Source: an uncultured Ignavibacteriaceae bacterium
GTDB taxonomy: Bacteria > Bacteroidota > Ignavibacteria > Ignavibacteriales > Ignavibacteriaceae
NCBI GenBank assembly: GCA_964556005.1
Contig: CAZKUR010000014.1
Span: 444 to 64,443 of the forward strand
Direction of reading: 5' to 3'
DNA: 64,000 nucleotides
This document shows, one piece after another, positions 61,122 to 64,000 of the stretch. Every line of letters begins with the position of its first letter. Within the stretch, counting starts at the first letter, position 1. The notes under the pieces were generated by a model, which was not told the DNA's origin, made no database searches, and saw nothing but the letters and a program-made list of their open reading frames with translations. The position numbers and the translations under genes were made by a program.

Positions 61122-63612
61122 TCTTATTGCTTGAAAAAAGATTGACAAAAATTCTGTATGCACCGGGCACTCCGGCGGGCAGCTGTCTGAAAAAAGAATA
61201 ACCGGTATAAATGAAAACACCTTTTCCGTATTTGGTATAAAGAAGTCCACCGGCTAAAGGATCTTCTCCAGGATCGTTGCATTCAATTACTGTTTGATAT
61301 TTTGGATCCCACGTATGAGCAAAATATAATCCGCGTTCCTGTACCCATCCGTCAAAATCTTTTTCCGTAATTTTATTAGGATAATTGAGCAACGGATTAT
61401 CTTTATTTATAAAAGTAACAGGGGCTTCTTCAACAGTTACTCTGTCATGTGAAATTTCAAACGGGTATGGTCCGATTTCTTTCGTTTCCAAACCTCTTGT
61501 AACATCGTATTGAACAAGAAAGGATCCGCCGTTTTTAACATAATCCATTAATTTTTTATGATAAATAGGCAATTTATCTCTCGTGTTGTAAGCTCTGATA
61601 CCGGCAATGATTGCATCGTATCTTGATAAGTTTTCATCTTCAAGATCTTTATCTGAAAGTAGAGTAACTTTGTAACCAAGCTGTTTCAAAGATACCGGGA
61701 TATCATCGCCGGGACCCATAATATATCCTATGTTATTTACTACTTTATTAATATTCAATCTAATTAATTTTGATTCAGAAGGAGGAAAAACAGTTTGAAT
61801 AGGAATATATGAATAATTTATTTCCACCATTCCTTGATGAATAATTTGTCCATTAATTTCTGCTGAGGCTTTTATCTTCCCAACAGAACTGAATTTAGGA
61901 GGAGTGACTTCAAAAGCGAAAGTTTTTTGGTCATTTTTCTTATCGATTGAAAATTTCATCTCTTTTGGATCTACTTTCCAGCCTTCAGGCAAATCGAGCC
62001 TTAATGTACCTTTTGCATTATTTACATTGCTGATGATTGTAATGTTGACTTTTTTAGATGAATCATCGGGAAATACATAAACTTTATTTTCAATATTTAT
62101 TGCAACATCCGGAACTATAATAAAGGGACGGTACCTTTCACCTTCAACTAAGTCGTTCCATCTATACTCAACAGGAATCGTTAAAGAAAAATCGCCGTCA
62201 TAAGAATTAAAAATAAATTTAGCTGTTAAAGGAGGAGGATTCATCGGTTTCCCGATTAACCGCTGATTATCAACTATGTATCTTCCTTTGAGGTGAGGTT
62301 TTACCATCCAGTATGGTTGTGAATAAGGAATATCTTTAGGAATTGTTAGTGTAGTTTTAGCAGAGGCAAAGTTTTCGTCTTTTAAAGAAAAATTTATTAA
62401 GCTGTCTTTATCCTGAAATGTATATTTGACTTCCTTTAAAGTAAAAGGAAAATTAGAACGGTTAACCACACCAGCAGTCACCTCGATTGTCTGCCCCGGT
62501 ACGGCAGAATAATCTTTAGCCAAAGCCTGAATCCAGATTCCTGCACAAGCTCGAATTACTTCAGCTAATTCTTTTTTCTTTAAAGGAACCCAATAATCAT
62601 CATGAAGCTTGTTCATTTCCGAATAAGCCTTCAAAAGAATTGGAATAATTGCCGAAGGATTTTGAGGATCAAACTTGTTATCAGCTTCAGATAATAATTC
62701 GGAAACTTTTTTACTTCCTTTAACCCTGTTCCATGTCAAATCGATTCCATCAAAAAGAGTTTTTGATGCGGGTACTCCTTCGGTAAATTCAAAATAATTT
62801 ATATCTCTACCGCGGTTTGGTGTTGAGCCGAATCCTTGCGATTTATGCATGCTTCTGCTTTCTGCAGCAATTTCATTGTATGATTTTCCAAGCAGCGGAT
62901 TGTATTTTCCTAAATCCAAAGTTAAAAGTTTTGATAAATCTTCATGTCTCTTTTCTAATATCGGCAGCCAGGCATTCCAAAAAATTCTTTTCGGCTGCCA
63001 GGGTTTTACATATTTCAATTGTTCAGGGAAGGCAGTAGAATCGCCGGCAATTTCAAAAGCTTCTTTTGCAAGAATTTGGGATGCCGTATGATTGCCGTGT
63101 CCACCTTCTCCGGTTCCGGGAAAACGAGTTATAATTACATCCGGCCTAAATTTTCTTATTACCCAAACAACATCGGATAATATATCTTTCTTTCCCCAGA
63201 TGTCCATCGTTTCTTTACCTGATTTTGAATAACCGAAGTCAATTGCACGTGAAAAGAATTGTTCTGCTCCATCGATTTTTCTTGCGGCGAGAAGTTCTTG
63301 TGTACGTAGAAGACCAATCATCGCACCTTGTTCTTTTCCGATTAAATTTTGCCCGCCGTCTCCTCGTGTCAAAGATAAATAACCGGTTCTTAAAAGCTTT
63401 CCTTTTGAATAATAAGCAAGACAAGCAGTATTCTCATCGTCCGGGTGGGCAGCAACATAAAGCACACTCCCGAGTACATTTAATTTTTCGAGGGCAAGCT
63501 TTATTTGTGCAGCATTTAATTCGTTAACAGGCTGGCTGAATAAATTTATAAAAGAAAATAAGGAAATAATTGTTGTTAGAAAAAATTTAGCAATAAATTT
63601 ATTTGAGTTCAC
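61093..63612 (-). CDS. Large PIG-L/LmbE-family deacetylase with extended C-terminal domains
   Basis: 839-aa ORF (GTG start) with a signal peptide. The N-terminal LmbE motif is VLYVAAHPDDEN and the downstream metal-binding His region is GGHGNHTAS. About 550 aa of C-terminal beta-rich and alpha/beta domains are of unknown role. Confidence 0.75.
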   Translation of the reverse strand: MNSNKFIAKFFLTTIISLFSFINLFSQPVNELNAAQIKLALEKLNVLGSVLYVAAHPDDENTACLAYYSKGKLLRTGYLSLTRGDGGQNLIGKEQGAMIGLLRTQELLAARKIDGAEQFFSRAIDFGYSKSGKETMDIWGKKDILSDVVWVIRKFRPDVIITRFPGTGEGGHGNHTASQILAKEAFEIAGDSTAFPEQLKYVKPWQPKRIFWNAWLPILEKRHEDLSKLLTLDLGKYNPLLGKSYNEIAAESRSMHKSQGFGSTPNRGRDINYFEFTEGVPASKTLFDGIDLTWNRVKGSKKVSELLSEADNKFDPQNPSAIIPILLKAYSEMNKLHDDYWVPLKKKELAEVIRACAGIWIQALAKDYSAVPGQTIEVTAGVVNRSNFPFTLKEVKYTFQDKDSLINFSLKDENFASAKTTLTIPKDIPYSQPYWMVKPHLKGRYIVDNQRLIGKPMNPPPLTAKFIFNSYDGDFSLTIPVEYRWNDLVEGERYRPFIIVPDVAINIENKVYVFPDDSSKKVNITIISNVNNAKGTLRLDLPEGWKVDPKEMKFSIDKKNDQKTFAFEVTPPKFSSVGKIKASAEINGQIIHQGMVEINYSYIPIQTVFPPSESKLIRLNINKVVNNIGYIMGPGDDIPVSLKQLGYKVTLLSDKDLEDENLSRYDAIIAGIRAYNTRDKLPIYHKKLMDYVKNGGSFLVQYDVTRGLETKEIGPYPFEISHDRVTVEEAPVTFINKDNPLLNYPNKITEKDFDGWVQERGLYFAHTWDPKYQTVIECNDPGEDPLAGGLLYTKYGKGVFIYTGYSFFRQLPAGVPGAYRIFVNLFSSNKSETKESSSK

Positions 63613-63797
63613 TTGAGTCTCTGAAAATGTTTAACAAATGTTTTAGAAGGTTTAAAATGATTAACTATAATACAACTTATTATGAATAATTTCAAAATCA
63701 TTAGGATGAAAGACTCGCCCATGTGATTAAAATTTCCTTTTGAGCAATATAATTATAATTCCTATATTTAACCGGAAAAAACAAATTTGTATTTGAA

Positions 63798-64000
63798 ATG
63801 ATAGAAATAAACAAAATAAAAATCGGCGGAAATAACCCTGTTGTATTAATTGCCGGCCCATGCGTTGTGGAAAATGAAAAAATGATTTTTGAAACTGCCG
63901 GTGCGATAAAAAAAATAACCGATGAATTTGATATCCCATTAATTTTTAAATCAAGCTACAAAAAAGCAAACCGTACCAGCCTTGAATCATTTACCGGAAT
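63798..64000 (+). CDS. kdsA: 3-deoxy-8-phosphooctulonate synthase (KDO8P synthase), N-terminal part; runs off the right edge
   Basis: Own translation from the ATG at 63798: MIEINKIKIGGNNPVVLIAGPCVVENEKMIFETAGAIKKITDEFDIPLIFKSSYKKANRTSLESFTG. The (I/V)FK(S/A)S(Y/F)xKANR(T/S)S block matches the KdsA family. Absent from the ORF track because it is truncated. Confidence 0.8.
   Translation, partial: MIEINKIKIGGNNPVVLIAGPCVVENEKMIFETAGAIKKITDEFDIPLIFKSSYKKANRTSLESFTG

Noticed and set aside
61122-61250. N-terminal 43 codons of track ORF 60975..61250
   Set aside because: This part lies wholly inside the 3' end of the 839-aa PIG-L gene in another frame and is not hydrophobic or conserved-looking. 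Only the distal 48 codons are retained as a low-confidence micro-ORF.
63727-63939. 70-aa minus-strand ORF near the right edge
   Set aside because: It is antisense to the clearly recognisable N-terminus of KdsA (63798 onward).
1-64000. Search for tRNA/rRNA genes, CRISPR arrays, transposases, integrases, prophage or defence islands
   Set aside because: No cloverleaf-like GC-rich segments of 70-90 nt were seen apart from the two hairpin islands, which lack tRNA features. There are no regularly spaced direct repeats and no ORF with DDE, tyrosine/serine recombinase, Cas or restriction-modification motifs.

Overview
AT-rich 64-kb chromosomal segment. The gene content suggests an FCB-group bacterium, most plausibly Ignavibacteria-like (inference only). 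The pointers are many proteins ending in the NYPNPFNP-type T9SS C-terminal sorting domain, a SusC-like TonB-dependent transporter, split MacB-type efflux genes, and Shine-Dalgarno sites in front of most genes. No rRNA, tRNA, CRISPR array, transposase or integrase was seen. Layout: (1) 1-11.7 kb holds miscellaneous secreted and housekeeping genes: a truncated phosphoesterase, an S9 peptidase, a methyltransferase and two large T9SS cargo proteins. (2) 11.7-36 kb is a large co-directional glycan utilization locus. It encodes a LacI regulator with two palindromic operators, a CBM9-like T9SS protein and a TonB-dependent transporter. These are followed by a 1051-aa unknown protein with a divergent T9SS-like tail, a PorV/PorQ-like barrel, a GH94-type phosphorylase and two GH144-like (glucoamylase-like) enzymes. 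The locus also carries a CUT1 ABC importer without an ATPase, a GH3 beta-glucosidase and a ROK glucokinase. I read it as a SusD-less beta-glucan locus, probably for beta-1,2-glucan. (3) 36-46.4 kb holds LPS biogenesis and transport genes (LptD-like, KdsD, LptC, long OstA/LptA-like, LptB), interrupted by a NYN-domain gene, a BNR/sialidase-like T9SS protein and an orphan hypothetical. (4) 47.7-55.3 kb is a TolC-MacA-MacB-type efflux cluster with a separate ATPase and three FtsX-type permeases, two of them a recent tandem duplicate. (5) 55.5-64 kb holds pstB-phoU without pstSCA, TetR, YtxH, rhomboid protease, a sodium:solute symporter with a possible coupled micro-ORF, a large PIG-L deacetylase and the start of kdsA. 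The most interesting signal is the transporter / 1051-aa protein / PorV-like trio (14999-21835). Also notable are two GC-rich hairpin islands that share a near-identical 30-nt AT-rich module (about 32.0-32.4 kb and 58.15-58.48 kb) and a 34-nt hairpin present twice with the same internal mismatch.
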